A stretch of DNA of 63,632 nt, filler included, from Basidiobolus ranarum (taxonomy: Eukaryota), in the NCBI GenBank assembly GCA_040143965.1. It is 10 parts of 10 records of this genome, joined end to end, with 100 filler letters (N's around TTAATTAATTAA, not from the genome) between each part and the next. Parts side by side here need not be neighbours in the genome. Positions count along the whole stretch, not along the records: positions 1 to 6,284 come from JASJQH010008228.1; positions 6,385 to 12,666 come from JASJQH010008229.1; 8 more parts are not named here. One strand, written 5' to 3'. Shown here piece by piece: positions 1-12,557 of this stretch (the stretch's first letter is position 1; every line of letters begins with the position of its first letter). Made by a program: the position numbers and the translations under genes. The notes below the pieces were generated by a model. The model worked only from the letters and a program-made list of their open reading frames with translations, did not search any database and was not told the origin of the DNA.

Positions 1-530
1 CATTTCAGCTATACAAGCAACTGATTGGCCTTAGACTTTGTGTTCAGATGCAGTCACCATACTCCATATTTTCCTCTTTGGGAATTACTGCTTGTACCAC
101 AAGTCACCAGAATTTAACATATAAGAGTTTAAGAATTTTCTTCATAGCATCATCAAGTGAGCAAGCCCTTTTTGCTCATGATGTTCTACTAGGATTTCCC
201 ATGCATTCTTGACAGAGTCAGCATCTCTGACTAGCATAAGTTGTTGTGATCCCAGTCTTAGACATATTTCCCTAAATGCCAATTGGTCTTTTTCTTTGAA
301 GGTTGCCCTGGCCTCTTTATATGTTGGCTTCTTTGTTTCAGTGTCAGAATCTATACTTTCTTCTTCAGAAGTTTTTTCTTCTTCATCTGGTTGAACTACT
401 TCCCATATATGTTTCCCTTCAAGCACAAGTTGCATCTTGAATTTCCTTTCTTGGAAATCTTCCCCATTGAATGTTGGAATATTAGTAATCTCCTTTTGAG
501 AAGTTGACTCTAACTCACTTGCTGCTACCA
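1..530 (-). mobile_element. Ty1/Copia retrotransposon (family B): PBS and degenerate gag, truncated by window start
   Basis: ORF 142-549 reads IPTFNGEDFQERKFKMQLVLEGKHIWEVV...KDQLAFREICLRL...VRDADSVKNAWEIL, typical of Copia gag (DUF4219/Retrotran_gag_2-like). It ends in a premature stop. PBS-like TGGTAGCAGC (530-521) abuts the LTR end. Confidence 0.85.
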
Positions 531-1050
531 TGTTGGAGGATCTTGACATAATGGGAATAGACTTTGGGTATTAGAAGCAACTTATGGTAGTGTGTTTTAG
601 TTACTTTATTCTTAAGACTATCCCTATGAAAAGTTTGGGAATGAATACCAGTGGAAAACCAGAGAAAACACAAATATAGGGGTAGAAATACCATAAGAAA
701 ATGGGAGGAAAAAAAGACTGGTAGAGAAACCATAAGAAAATTGTTGCAATACCAGCATAATACCATTATGAAACAGTCAGAAAATAGTATGAAATGCAAA
801 TTTAAATTTTTTTTGTTAGAGTATATGCTGACTTATATAGTAGAAAAGTGAATCAATTCTTTGAGATATGCAGGAGTTTGTATAATAACACATAATAGAT
901 AGGTGGAGGTAATAAGAGATAATTGTTATATAGATATAGAGATACTCCTGTTTAGAGTACAGGGGCTATTGCTATGTTGCTTTCTATTTCTTATATATGT
1001 ATCATAACTAAAGTTAACTATGATGGTGAATAAAGATTAATTATCCAACA
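531..1050 (-). mobile_element. 5' LTR (520 bp) of Copia family B element
   Basis: Perfect 7-bp terminal inverted repeat TGTTGGA (531-537) / TCCAACA (1044-1050), directly followed on the minus strand by PBS and gag. TATA-like TATATAA near 833-839. Confidence 0.75.
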
Positions 1051-1667
1051 GAAATACATATTTCTAGGTTAGTTTACTCAAACCAAGGCCTACAGACTCT
1101 GTGATACCAAAATTTTAAAGTTAATGAAATTGAGGGATGTTTTGTTTGATGAAAATAAAACATTTTCACCCAAAATGACCTGCAATGATGACAAAACTCA
1201 ATTTTCTCACAATTCAATCATTCAAATTTATTCAAACTAAAACAATGAAGAAACTAGCATTTCTGTTGATCCTTCAACTGTAATTTAGCCTGCTGAAGTT
1301 CCCAACACAATGCCAGAAGTTGTGGTACCTCTGTCCCAAACCAGGAGATCAAATTATATCAGAAATTGCCCTGATTGCTATATCAATGAGTCTCAAAATT
1401 GGGCCTATGCCTGCTTAGCACAAGTACATGTGTCCCAGACTGTAAAAGAGGCCCTGAATGGCCCTCACATGAAATTTTGAAGATCTGCAATGGCTGATGA
1501 GCACCAGGCTTTGATTGATAATTAAATTTTCATGGTAGCCAACTTACATGATAAGAGAAAATCAATTGGCTGCCAATAGGTGTTTGAAGTGATATAAAAC
1601 TCTGATGAAAATATTAAAAGATACATGGATTGGGCTTAGTTTATATGACTATTTAGTTGAGAGAGTG
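1051..1667 (+). mobile_element. Degenerate Copia pol remnant (family A): integrase C-terminal region and start of RT, then PPT
   Basis: Plus strand reads KYIFLG*FTQTKAYRLCDTKILKLMKLRDVLFDE, then PQTVKEALNGPHMKF*RSAMADEHQALIDN*IFMVANLHDKRKSIGCQ*VFEVI*NSDENIKRY (RVT_2 N-terminus with stops). Purine tract TTGAGAGAGTG lies immediately before the LTR. Most of RT/RNase H is deleted. Confidence 0.8.
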
Positions 1668-2011
1668 TGTTAAAGTTTGCATTGCCTAAGCACCTATATA
1701 GTCATATAGAGCTTAATACTTAGTTATGTTATACTTCCCTGAGATATTACCAATTATTCTCAATTGGAATTTAATTAGAATATTTTTACCAACTTAGTTC
1801 TCAGATAAATAGATCTTTCAAATTTGTGCTAGAAGCCCCAAGCTTTGTGCACATGTTCCTGGGACCTTCCTTAACAAATTCTACAAGTTAGTTTGTTTAC
1901 ATCTTAACAAAACTATAAATGTCAACTTTCTACTCAATAAATTAACAAGTGAAAACACCAATTTCTTGGATTCTCCAAACCACTTCCAGCAGGCTCCCAA
2001 ATACTTTAACA
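1668..2011 (+). mobile_element. 3' LTR of Copia family A (344 bp)
   Basis: TGTT...AACA termini, preceded by PPT; reverse-complement homologous along its length to 11775-12121. Confidence 0.85.
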
Positions 2012-3455
2012 CCTAACACATTTGCTGGCTTGCATCTCAACAATACTATAATGTCAACTTTCAAATCAATGCATCAATAAGTGAAATCTGCAAATTCTTT
2101 TTCTTCTTCATGTCACATAACATAAGAACTTCCGAGTTGGTTGAAATATATGCAGTAAATTCCTCTCTGAGATATTAATACTAGCATAGTGAAATTTGGA
2201 TGGCTAGCTATATGACTATATAGATGCAGAAGTAATGTTATTTTTAACACAGAACCCCTGATATCAAACTTAAATCATAACATTCTTGAGTTTCATTCTA
2301 AATCCTTGCATTGAATCTTGATAAGGCATGTAACAATTATATGTTTAGCAGAATACACAAAGTACTTATCTATATATAGATTTCTCACATTGCAGCATTC
2401 TTGGGCTTTATGGACAGCAAACCAACTTGCTTGATTAATGCAAGGTATGATGAGGTGCAAATTTGCTTAGGATGAGGAGATGTGTATAATATATATATAC
2501 AATTAGTACTATTTTTCATTGCTTACCTGCCATTGAAAAATTCACATTCATGTTTCTGTTTTTACTTTGAGAATATGGACACACCGAAATGTAATTGCTA
2601 GTTAAGGTTTGAAATCACTGCAAGTAAAGGGATTTATTTTGCCATTGTATAATTGAAAATTTTCATTTCTGTGTTGTAAGGAAACCGATGGGGAATTCTC
2701 TCAATTCCGTCTCCAATATTTCAAGATACTACTTGTGAATCTTTGAGAAAGATGCGTATCAACTTAAAACTTCTCAGGTATAATTTTGATCCTGGAGGAT
2801 ATATAATTGATATGGTAAAAAAATTAAATTACTGGGCTACGTTCATGTGCTCATGTAAACTGTAAGCAGTAAGTATGGCATGTTCTAGAGAGATACAGAA
2901 TGTTCACTTCAAATAAATATTCTCAAGTCGGATAAATGGCTGAGATGGCAGGATCCATGTGTACATACTATCATTTCATCTTTGCCAGACAATGCAACCT
3001 TAGCATCTCATGTATGATTCTTTACAGAGGCTAATGCGTGTATTTCACATGGCTGGGTGGGTACTAATCGAAATTGGTGAAAGCTGGAATGTTGATCAAA
3101 TATAGAATTCAATGTCACAGCGATCTAATGGAGTATTCATTAGAATATATATACACACCGGATGAGCTACATCAAGAGATCCCATACACGTTATTTGCGA
3201 CTGGCATGTGACTATTTTTGTAGGTAAGGTTTATTACCTATCTATGTGGAACTCGTACTATCCCGAAATACTCGGGATATTAAGGTAAATTCATCCTACC
3301 CGAAATACAATCAAATCAAATTGGAAAGAAATATGTACAGGATTTGTTGACGCGGAGTTTCTGGAACCGCGGGTGAGTTACATAAATACCGGATTACTCT
3401 TTACATGTCTTTTATGAATCCCCACCAATCATGTTAAAGTCCCATCATCTTATCT

Positions 3456-5682
3456 CTAAGCTGATTCATTCTCCGAGTCAAAGAATTGATTCTTGACATC
3501 CGGTTTAAAGATCGGCTCATCCTTTGGGAGACTAAGATTTAATATTATCGATACGATGCCTGCCAAAATATACCCGGTCGAAGCGACAGTTTCGATAGCT
3601 TCATAAAACCCGTTTAGTGCTACATTCGAGGTGACTGGCATGACATGACTGAACCATCCCGGGACAAGCTCAACCCCAAGGGCGATGGCAAGTGAGGCCG
3701 CCACAATGATTCGATCTCGACGGGTCCAATCTAAATAGCCAAGTATACGAATTCCTGAGGTGGCAACCGATGAAAATAAAAATGTGGTCATGCCGCCCAT
3801 GATCGGAGCTGGAATGGCTAGAAATGCCCCAGATATCTTGGAAAATACCCCACATAGTACCAGTAATGCTGCACAAACATAACCAGCAGTGCGGGAGGCA
3901 CACCGAGTGACAGCAATAACTCCATTGTTCTGACTAAATGTAACCACCCCCATAGAGGTTGCAGCCCCGCTCAAAATGCCCGAACACCCGTCCGCAAGTA
4001 AACCTCCTTGCATACGAGAGTTGAAGTCTGGCCCTTCAATTGGAATTCCAGAAACATCACAGTTGGCCGTAAGATCACCAATACATTCAATAAGGAAGTC
4101 AATGTAGACGAATAGAAGTGGTATAATACCAGGACCGTAGACAGAAAGCTTAAATGTTTTCACCCAAAGGAAAGTAATAGCGGGAGAGCTTTGTATGGTT
4201 GACGAGTCGAACATTCCAGTCGTTCCACCAATTAGGCACCCTAAAGAGTATATAATGACTAAGAGGCTCAAATAAATCAAGCAAGAAATTGAACTCGTTA
4301 CCAACAGCAAGTCCAATGACAACAGAGATATTTTTCAGAAAGATCGACCCAACCATCTCAATCAGTATAATGGTCACAAAAACACTTGCACCCATGCCAA
4401 TGTATGCTGGAGACCCCCATGCAAAAGCATTTGGCGCATGAATGGTAGGGCACTTACTAAAAAGGCCTGTCTCTGGACGTTGTGAGCAAGGGCCAGTGCC
4501 ACCTGCCCAGTTCTTCATACCCGAGGTGATGAGTGAAGCCCCAATAACCGTAAGAACAATGCCTGTGACTATTTTGGGAAATATGCGTCGCATAATACGA
4601 GCTGGCAGAAAACTAATGAAGATAGCGATAAAGGCACAAAGCATCTACGTAGCATAACAAAATATTAGAATTAAGCTACTGTTTAATGTAGAGCTGGACC
4701 TACTTGAGTTCCAAGAATAGCCCCAAATGCATCAGGACAAGGATTGTAAGTGTAGGTTCCGTCAGCTCGAAGCTCGCGCGAGCAAGTTTCATTCTTATAC
4801 ATAGTGCCAATCATTGCTTGGGCGGCAGGAATATTCGAAAATGCTACACCAGTAATTTGCAGTAGTCTAAAATAATCACATATGGCATCAATACCTGCAT
4901 TGCTCTATGGTAGTATCAAAGTCATGAAATTAATTTTGGATAGATATGCTTACCCAGTACCAAAGTAATATCTTGTTTTTGGAATGCGAATACGAGTGAT
5001 CTGTATAACACTAGATTGAAGTTGTATTAATTGTTATTAACGGATTTTTAAATGTGATTTACCTCATCAAACCAGACATCTGGATTTGGATTGTAGCAGC
5101 AAGTACAGTTGAATTATTAGTGAAATTGCAAGTAAATTCTGTATGGTCCATGGGATACTCACGATAAGAGAGGCAGAGATCATGTAGGAGCGAGTTTCCT
5201 GGTCCAAATTTAGATATGTTTCGCCAGCACCACTAATCATAATAGTAGGGCTGATGATGCCTCCAATAACAGCCAAAAAATCTGAAAATTGTTGAATTAA
5301 CAATCCTTTGCTCTGTGTGTAGTATGAATCAACCTACGTTGGATACCCATTAAAAGTGCTACAGAGATTGGGATCTCGTCATCAGGACCATAGAAAGGCG
5401 ACTGATTAGCTCGGTTGCGGTTGAGAAATGGAAGGCGAGGTAAACTAAGTGTAGATGAGCATACGATCCATACTAATAGTTAGTATAGGAACAAAGATGA
5501 TTCTTGACCAAGAGTATCACAAACCAAAGCGACTTGTAGTCATAGTCACCAAACCAGCCTCTCTTAGTGATGAATTTGTCAGTTAGTGTCAAGCGAGGTG
5601 ACGGAGCGGACGGATAAGCAGATGACTCAGATTCATTCTCCACTTCCTGCATAGTACCATCTTTTTTAATATCTTCTGACAT
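3456..5682 (-). CDS. Uric acid/xanthine permease, NCS2/NAT family (UapA/UapC-like), multi-exon
   Basis: ATG 5682 (MSEDIKK...GWFGDYDYKSL), about 7 GT-AG introns, NAT signature FSQNNGVIAVTRC, GLLADG and GGMTTFLF motifs, stop at 3456. Confidence 0.93.
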
Positions 5683-6284
5683 TCTGGTACGTGGGTGCGG
5701 AGCGAAGCTATGGAAGGATGTGACCTCAAGATAACAACTGAAAGAGGTGTGTCGGTTATTGATTACTGATTCCAAACGGCGGTCGCTCATTTATATTATG
5801 AAGCTCTCGCACTCTTATCTTTGCTGAATCTTTGGAACAAGAACAATAACTGTGTCTGGCTATCCTTGAGCTGAATCCGCAAGTTGATCATTTCCGTTAG
5901 ATAGGTAAATGATTTATTTGTATTACTCAAACAAGTTTGGAGAGAGGAATTAAAAATGAGGAATCGATGACCAAAGCATCACAGGTTGAGAGTTGCTTAG
6001 AATGGAAATGAAAACTCTTATCTTTGTTTCATTCCTCAAGCACTTCTTGATTGCTTCTAAAGATATCGATTTTACAACCTGTTCATCGTTTTATTTGCCC
6101 AATGATTTGTCAGAGATTAATTCCTTTGCAGTCCACGAAGAATTAACGCTTAGACAGAGGTTTACAACAGATACATACTCTCTTTGAGGATTACCGGACA
6201 ACTGATATTTCTTGTTGTAGTGTCAGAGGCGACAGTTTAGGAGTTATAACCAGATTCTAGGATTTCCAGTTTATCACTGTTGGT

Positions 6285-6384
6285 NNNNNNNNNNNNNNNN
6301 NNNNNNNNNNNNNNNNNNNNNNNNNNNNTTAATTAATTAANNNNNNNNNNNNNNNNNNNNNNNNNNNNNNNNNNNNNNNNNNNN
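6285..6384. other. Artificial contig spacer N44-TTAATTAATTAA-N44 (first of nine)
   Basis: Identical 100-bp spacers at 6285, 12667, 19048, 25426, 31800, 38173, 44543, 50909 and 57272; the 12-mer gives stops in all six frames. Confidence 0.99.
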
Positions 6385-6504
6385 CTTGGAAGAAACTGAG
6401 GTAGAGAACGAGTTTGCAACGTCATTAGCACCAATACCATAAGCATCAAGGAATGCAAAGACAATGCAGACGACGAATATCCAAGTAAAGTCGTGGGGCA
6501 ACAT
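6385..6504 (-). CDS. PHO89: Second PiT-family phosphate permease copy, first 40 codons only (cut by contig edge)
   Basis: 120 bp matching 8913-9032 except two synonymous changes in codons 2-3; MLPHDFTWIFVV...GANDVANSFSTSVSSK. It has its own TATA-like TATATAAA upstream (~6563-6570). Confidence 0.88.
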
Positions 6505-7502
6505 TTTACTGCTCTCTCAATGAAGTTGTGTGAGTGATGATGATAGTTGATTGTGCATCGGCTTTATATATGAAAGTCTAGATGTATACAATGTTAAGGA
6601 ATATTCGAAATGGGATGTTATGGTTTTTGTTAATGGATAGTATCCTTTTGACTACTTTAACGAATTAGTTCATGCTTGTATTAGCGACCGCACGCAAGGA
6701 TTTCTAGCGAAACCATTGGTTCTATGCTGGAATTCCATACGGAAACCATAGTGAAGTCCATTTCATGATCGAAACAAGTGATATTATTGAAGGGAGAATT
6801 GTAAGACTGAGCTTAACATAAACGTATGCAATCCTGTTGAGGACGTAACGTTACCTCAGACTAGTATTTCTCTCAACAGTCTTTCTTGATTAGGTATTTT
6901 CTCCTAGTACTCACTAAAATTGATCTTACTTGGAACACCTCCCTTTTAAGCTGATGGTGCTATCGAAATTATCCCCTTTAAAACCAAGATTTTCATCCAA
7001 GTTCCAATTCTAGGTGTTTAGTCATACACATCCGTACTTTTCATCATACCCTGGGTTTCTCAAGAACTTTAAATGCTACCACGAGCGGTATTTTGCGATA
7101 ACTATTGGCTTTTTAGTCAATTTTCTAGTATGAAGAAATTAAGCTTAATGATATTTGAGGTTGTACGAGATTTACATTAGGTTATTATATAAGCTTAAAT
7201 TTATAGTAAATATGTTTCATTGTTAATGGATCACGAAGACTACTGTTGGCTCTATTATCTTAACTTGATTGTATACAAAAGCAACTGCTTCAAACAGTAC
7301 ACTATTATAGCTATTGTATAATCTACAAGAAGCATCTTGAGAACTTTTATTACGTGCTGTTAACCATTGTGTTCACAATTGCAATTGTTTCTACGAAAAA
7401 ATATGATTTATGTGCCGATATAGGTAATGTAGTAATCTTTATAAAAATTCATATGAGGATAGTAAATGAGTGTAGCGTGCATATTGTAGTCACTCTCAAG
7501 GT

Positions 7503-9032
7503 CTACTGGGAGAGTATGAGCTTTGGGGCATATGCTGCAAATGAGAAGAGAATGCCGGAGACTAGTCCAGCACATGGTAAAGTCAAAATCCAGGAAAGGA
7601 AGCACCAAGCAATCAAGCGCCAATTCAATGAGCTAGCTGTACCGTTGCAAAGACCAACAGCGGCAGTGGCCCCAGTGATGCAATGAGTGGTGGATACGGG
7701 AAGTCCAATCTTGGAGGCAGTCAACACGGTCAAAGAACTACCCAATTCCATACTGAAACCACGAGTGGGAGAGTGATATGTGATTTTGTTACCAAGAGTA
7801 CGCATGATGTTGTAGCCATAGGTAACCAGACCAATATCAATGGCTACTCCACCCATTGCGAGTACCCACAAGGGCACTGCAGTCTTGCCACTGACATCAA
7901 CTGTGGCGGTACTCCATACATGGTATACAGTGGACAAAGGTCCTACAGCATTAGCGACATCGTTTGATCCATGAGCAAATGAGGCCATGGATGCAGTGAT
8001 TACTTGAAGGAAACTGTACATGTACTCGGTGTTGTCATCGTATCTCACAGCAGCATCATGGATCTTCTGAAGTCTTTCTCCTTCACAGTTGACCACATCC
8101 TTACGAACACCATGAAGCACAATGGCCTTGATGCGTTCGAAGATACCATCAGACTTCTCATGCTCTTCTTCCGAGATCTCATGCTTCTCGCTTTTCTCTT
8201 GCTTGCCATCCTCCTCAGAGAACACTTGCTTCATGGGACGAGGACTAAGGAAGGGGATTACAAAGATATGATACCACTCAAGGTCCTCATGCTTCTGGAG
8301 CTTGCGAACTAACCATGGACGAATGAAGAACCAACAGAATAATACTACGACTGCTGTAATTCCCAGTGTGGATCCCCAGATGACAGCTGGTGAGGCAGAA
8401 GCAAGGTTGAGGCCTGGTGAACCTTTGTAGATAATGTAGAATGCGTTGATGAATGCAGTGAATCCAAAGTAAATTGGGATGGCAATTAGTCCACGCTCGA
8501 AAGAGTTAGGGTGCTTCAACACTCCATATTTGGTGATCAAATAGATGATACTTGCAACGAGACCGGCGCAAATTGGGGAAATGAACCAAGACGTGATGAT
8601 CTTTGCTACTCCATTGTAACTCCAGTCGACAGAGTTGGTTCCAAAAGCAGCAATACCTACACCCATGATGGCTCCAACGATAGAATGGGTTGTGGACACT
8701 GGCCATCCATTTCTGGTGGCAAACAAGACCCAGGTGGAGGAACCGATTAAAGCACAAGTCATGGCAAGCATGAGAAGCTCTGGCTGACCTTGGAAGTTCT
8801 TGATGGAGATGATCTTACCTTTGATAGTTTCAGCTGTCCCAGAGCCCATTAAGAAGGCACCCAAAAACTCGGTGAAGATCGCTATGGTGCAAGCTTGACC
8901 GAGAGTAAGGGACTTGGAAGAAACTGAGGTAGAGAACGAGTTTGCAACGTCATTAGCACCAATACCATAAGCATCAAGGAATGCAAAGACAATGCAGACG
9001 ACGAATATCCAAGTAAAGTCGTGAGGTAACAT
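7503..9032 (-). CDS. PHO89: Na+/phosphate symporter, PiT (PHO4 domain) family, intronless, 509 aa
   Basis: Both PiT signature repeats (GANDVAN, HGSNDVAN) and both PVSTTH motifs in one open ORF. Confidence 0.96.
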   Translation of the reverse strand: MLPHDFTWIFVVCIVFAFLDAYGIGANDVANSFSTSVSSKSLTLGQACTIAIFTEFLGAFLMGSGTAETIKGKIISIKNFQGQPELLMLAMTCALIGSSTWVLFATRNGWPVSTTHSIVGAIMGVGIAAFGTNSVDWSYNGVAKIITSWFISPICAGLVASIIYLITKYGVLKHPNSFERGLIAIPIYFGFTAFINAFYIIYKGSPGLNLASASPAVIWGSTLGITAVVVLFCWFFIRPWLVRKLQKHEDLEWYHIFVIPFLSPRPMKQVFSEEDGKQEKSEKHEISEEEHEKSDGIFERIKAIVLHGVRKDVVNCEGERLQKIHDAAVRYDDNTEYMYSFLQVITASMASFAHGSNDVANAVGPLSTVYHVWSTATVDVSGKTAVPLWVLAMGGVAIDIGLVTYGYNIMRTLGNKITYHSPTRGFSMELGSSLTVLTASKIGLPVSTTHCITGATAAVGLCNGTASSLNWRLIAWCFLSWILTLPCAGLVSGILFSFAAYAPKLILSQ

Positions 9033-10832
9033 CTTTCAGATCGATGTTTTGTCGAATTATACTTTCTGGTTCAACATTTCATTCCGAGATACAGTTTTAT
9101 ACCTATTTGATCTTTCATTCAGACGTTGAACCTAAATATTCAGCACCGTGTGGTGAATGTGCTGAAGGATCGGATAAATCATTGCATCTAATTGTGCATA
9201 GTGTGTATCTGTTACTGTTGCTTCTTTTGGTTGCTTGGAACACCACATCTAACATGAGATTTCTCTCGGTATATCCATTGGCTATATAGCTACTTCGAAT
9301 TGGCGAAATCTCCCAAAATCTTCACAAACCTATTTCAAAAGAAGCATTCTTGAATCCTGTTGGCAAACAGGAACTCTGGTTCTCTACAGAGGAATTTATA
9401 CGATTATGATGAAAAGCTAATTTAATCTATATCACTGACTTTTTAAAGATCTCGATCACTAGATTCATTTCCCCAGTCTAGTTGGTGATCCTGAAAATTC
9501 TATTCACTATTCTATTACCAGAGCGAGATCCTCAAATGCTGCGGATTCAACTTGAAAGAAATGCTCAACAATGACCGAAGATTGTAGGATATTGAAACCA
9601 CATGTGGTATTGGGAACACCACCAATTGGCCAGCACTTGACTTCGAAACCTTAATTTCCTTGTTGTGATGATAGTTGATGCGAATTTTCACATTAAAAGC
9701 ACGTTTTCAACATGCTAGCCGTTCATGGCAGTTCCAGATTTTAGGGCTTTCGGCCATCTTAGACTAGTGGAACCCACAAAAAGGTTTATCTTGCACAACT
9801 CTTGTCACCAATGACGAAAGCGAAAGACGATGCGTGAAAAATACTTACTACGGTATTCGTATGTCATTTACGATGTTTCGTTATGTTCGCACTACAAAGT
9901 CACCAACGAATGTAATCATATGCTTATACCATATAGATACACTTCGTACATCGAGAAGCCATCTATACGCGAATACACTAATCTTCGAAATTCTGGGCCG
10001 TTATAATCTCGAATCTATTGCTCGTGAAGCACGAGAGATAGCGACTTGACGCTGTGGCCACAGAACTAGTACCATCACTAGCAGCTCGACTATGTAAATT
10101 TTCTCATTCGATGATGATGCTTACTAGCCTAAATAGTAACAATTCTTCTTAACATTCTCTGTGTTACCTTCGACAATGTTTAGTTCGCCAAGATATTCCA
10201 ACTGTTAAAAGTCGCACAGTTATTATTGATGATAGCATTTCCAGCTGCTAACTATACACATATAGCTCTGTAGAATGCTGTCTTCCTCACACATTCTATA
10301 GCAAATAGTGCTATAGATTTACCACCCAGTTAATGAGACTGACTCAGATTAGTTTACTGTAGATCATATTTTTCCAAGTAGGAGTTCATGTTGCTCTGAT
10401 GGTATGAGTCATATCTAGCCTAGAATACTCCATGTGCTATACGACTGATAACATTTGAAAAGCAACCGTTAACGAGAATGGGGAGCACACAAAGATCAGA
10501 TACTCAGCCATACTTCAACATTTCTAAATCTTAACTCGCGGTCAGGTTGAGCTGCTCTATTCGTCAACAACTTGAACTGACTGATATTCTTGTTCAGCAT
10601 TTGATGTTCTTTAAACACAGCTTTTTGAGCTATTATAGGATGAGGGTTTTACTCTATATTATGGCTGTAGAAACAGTAAGAGTAAGCAATGAGATATTCA
10701 GCATGTTTAATGCGCATTTATATAAAAATCTATTGGTCAAAATTCAAAAATGATTCTGGGTATATCACATATATTTTCAAATCGACCCTAGTTTTCTCAA
10801 ACTGTTCCGTCAATCTCCATCTTAGATTTATC

Positions 10833-11070
10833 CTAAATTGGTGGTTTCACTTATTAATTTATTGAGTAATCAGCTGACATTTATACTTTTGTCAAGATGT
10901 AAACAAACTAACATGTAGAATGCGTTAAGGAAGGTCCCAGGAACATGTGTGCAAAGTTTGAGGCTCCTTTGAAAAATCTATATATCTGACAACTTCTGTG
11001 TAAATATAGGATAACCCAATACTAAGCTATATATGAGTGTATAGATGTTTAGGCAATGCTAATTTCAACA
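10833..11070 (-). mobile_element. Family A LTR, truncated and internally deleted
   Basis: Ends ...GCAATGCTAATTTCAACA; shares the GGTCCCAGGAACATGTG core with other copies. Confidence 0.8.
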
Positions 11071-11774
11071 TACTCAACCCCTAAATCATTGGGAGAATTT
11101 GAGGTTTGTGGAAGGAGCTTCATGATATTAAGTTCTGGGGAGTTTGTAAGGCACTACTTAGTTGATTTGGATCAAAGTATTTATGTATTTGGATACAATA
11201 CTAAAGACAAACAACAGGGCTATATTCCAAATATCAGTGGAAGTCAGATGAAATCTAATGGAGCCAATTTGAAGCACTATGAAATTTCAAGTTAAATTTT
11301 GCTAATTCTTCAATATTCTGTGGACATTGAAAATATGTGTTTCAATTGTGGACTCAGTACCATGAGACTAATAAGGTTAGCTAACTGAGATGTGCTATAG
11401 GAGATAATTAGAAGTATGTGAATGGGGATGGCAAGTATACTATATATAACAAAGTTGAACAACAAGCCTTGCTCCTTTCAAATTATTTTTCATTTCCTTT
11501 GCAGTTGATAAGAATAGGTTAATACCAATCCCTTTTAATCAAATCCCTTTTGATTGAATCCAAACACTTGAAACCATGTTTCTAAGATATTTAAAAAACA
11601 GAGCCCAGGTTTAAGACCAATGAATCTGACCTTCAAGCATATGGAGTTTAAATTTTTAGTAGTTTATACTCTCTGTCATGGATGTTGATTCTTCATCATC
11701 CAGCTATAAAACCTATTTGCTGGTAATATACACTGAAAAGTGAGGAGCCTGGATATAAATGTTATGGTAAGGGT

Positions 11775-12121
11775 TGTTAAAGTATTTGGGAGCCTTTGGG
11801 AAGTGGTTTGGAGAATTAGAGGAATTGGTGGTTTTCACTTATTGTTTTATGAGTAGAAAGTTGACATTTATAGTTTTGTCAAGAAGTAAGCAAGCCAACA
11901 TGTAGAATGTGTTAAAGAAGGTCCCAGGAACATGTGTACAAAGTTTGGGGCTTCTAGCACAAGTTTGAAAAATCTAAATATCTGAGTACTTCTAGGTTGG
12001 TAAAGATATTCTAAGTAAATTCCAGTTGAGAATAATTGATATTATCTTAGTGACTTATAAGATAACCAAGTATTGAGCTATATAAGACTACTTAGGTGTT
12101 TAAGCAATGCTAATTTCAACA
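11775..12121 (-). mobile_element. Solo LTR, Copia family A (347 bp), with 5-bp target-site duplication AGGGT
   Basis: TGTT...AACA ends; AGGGT at 11770-11774 and 12122-12126. Confidence 0.92.
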
Positions 12122-12344
12122 AGGGTAAGGATGAAAAGAGTAGGTCTGGGGGATGCAGTCCTCCCAGTATTAAAAGAAAGTAGGGGGTTTGGGGGATGCA
12201 ATCCCATATGTACACCACTGCATAACAATATACACAAGTTACTTGTATATAGAATAAATTTGGCTTGCCCAAATATTCCAAAGGTCAGAAATCCGATCTT
12301 GGACACATGTAAGTAAGAAATAGCAATTGTGATACTATGACAAT

Positions 12345-12557
12345 TGTTGAGATTAGCATTACCTAAGCACCTATATAGTCATATGTAGCTTGGTACTTAG
12401 TAATCTTATAATGAAAAAACATATTACCCATTATTTGCAATTGGAACTTTCTTAGATTATTTTTACAAATCAAGAAGTTCTCAGGTGAGTGGATTTTTAA
12501 AACATGTGCTACAAGCCGCAAACTCTTCACACATGGTTGTGGGACCTTCCTTGACAC
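12345..12557 (+). mobile_element. Diverged family A LTR, interrupted by another LTR
   Basis: Starts TGTTGAGATTAGCATTACCTAAGCACCTATATAGTC and breaks at GGGACCTTCCTTGACAC. Confidence 0.8.

Noticed and set aside
6329-6340. Regularly spaced TTAATTAATTAA as a biological repeat or CRISPR-like array
   Set aside because: Always centred in exactly 44+44 Ns; it is an assembly spacer.
7354-8757. Many 60-130 aa ORFs in the track overlapping real genes or LTRs (here and throughout the window)
   Set aside because: Antisense or alternate-frame shadows with no independent coding evidence.
9700-9705. CACGTT Pho4-like site upstream of PHO89
   Set aside because: A single 6-mer is expected by chance, and there is no evidence for the regulator in this lineage.
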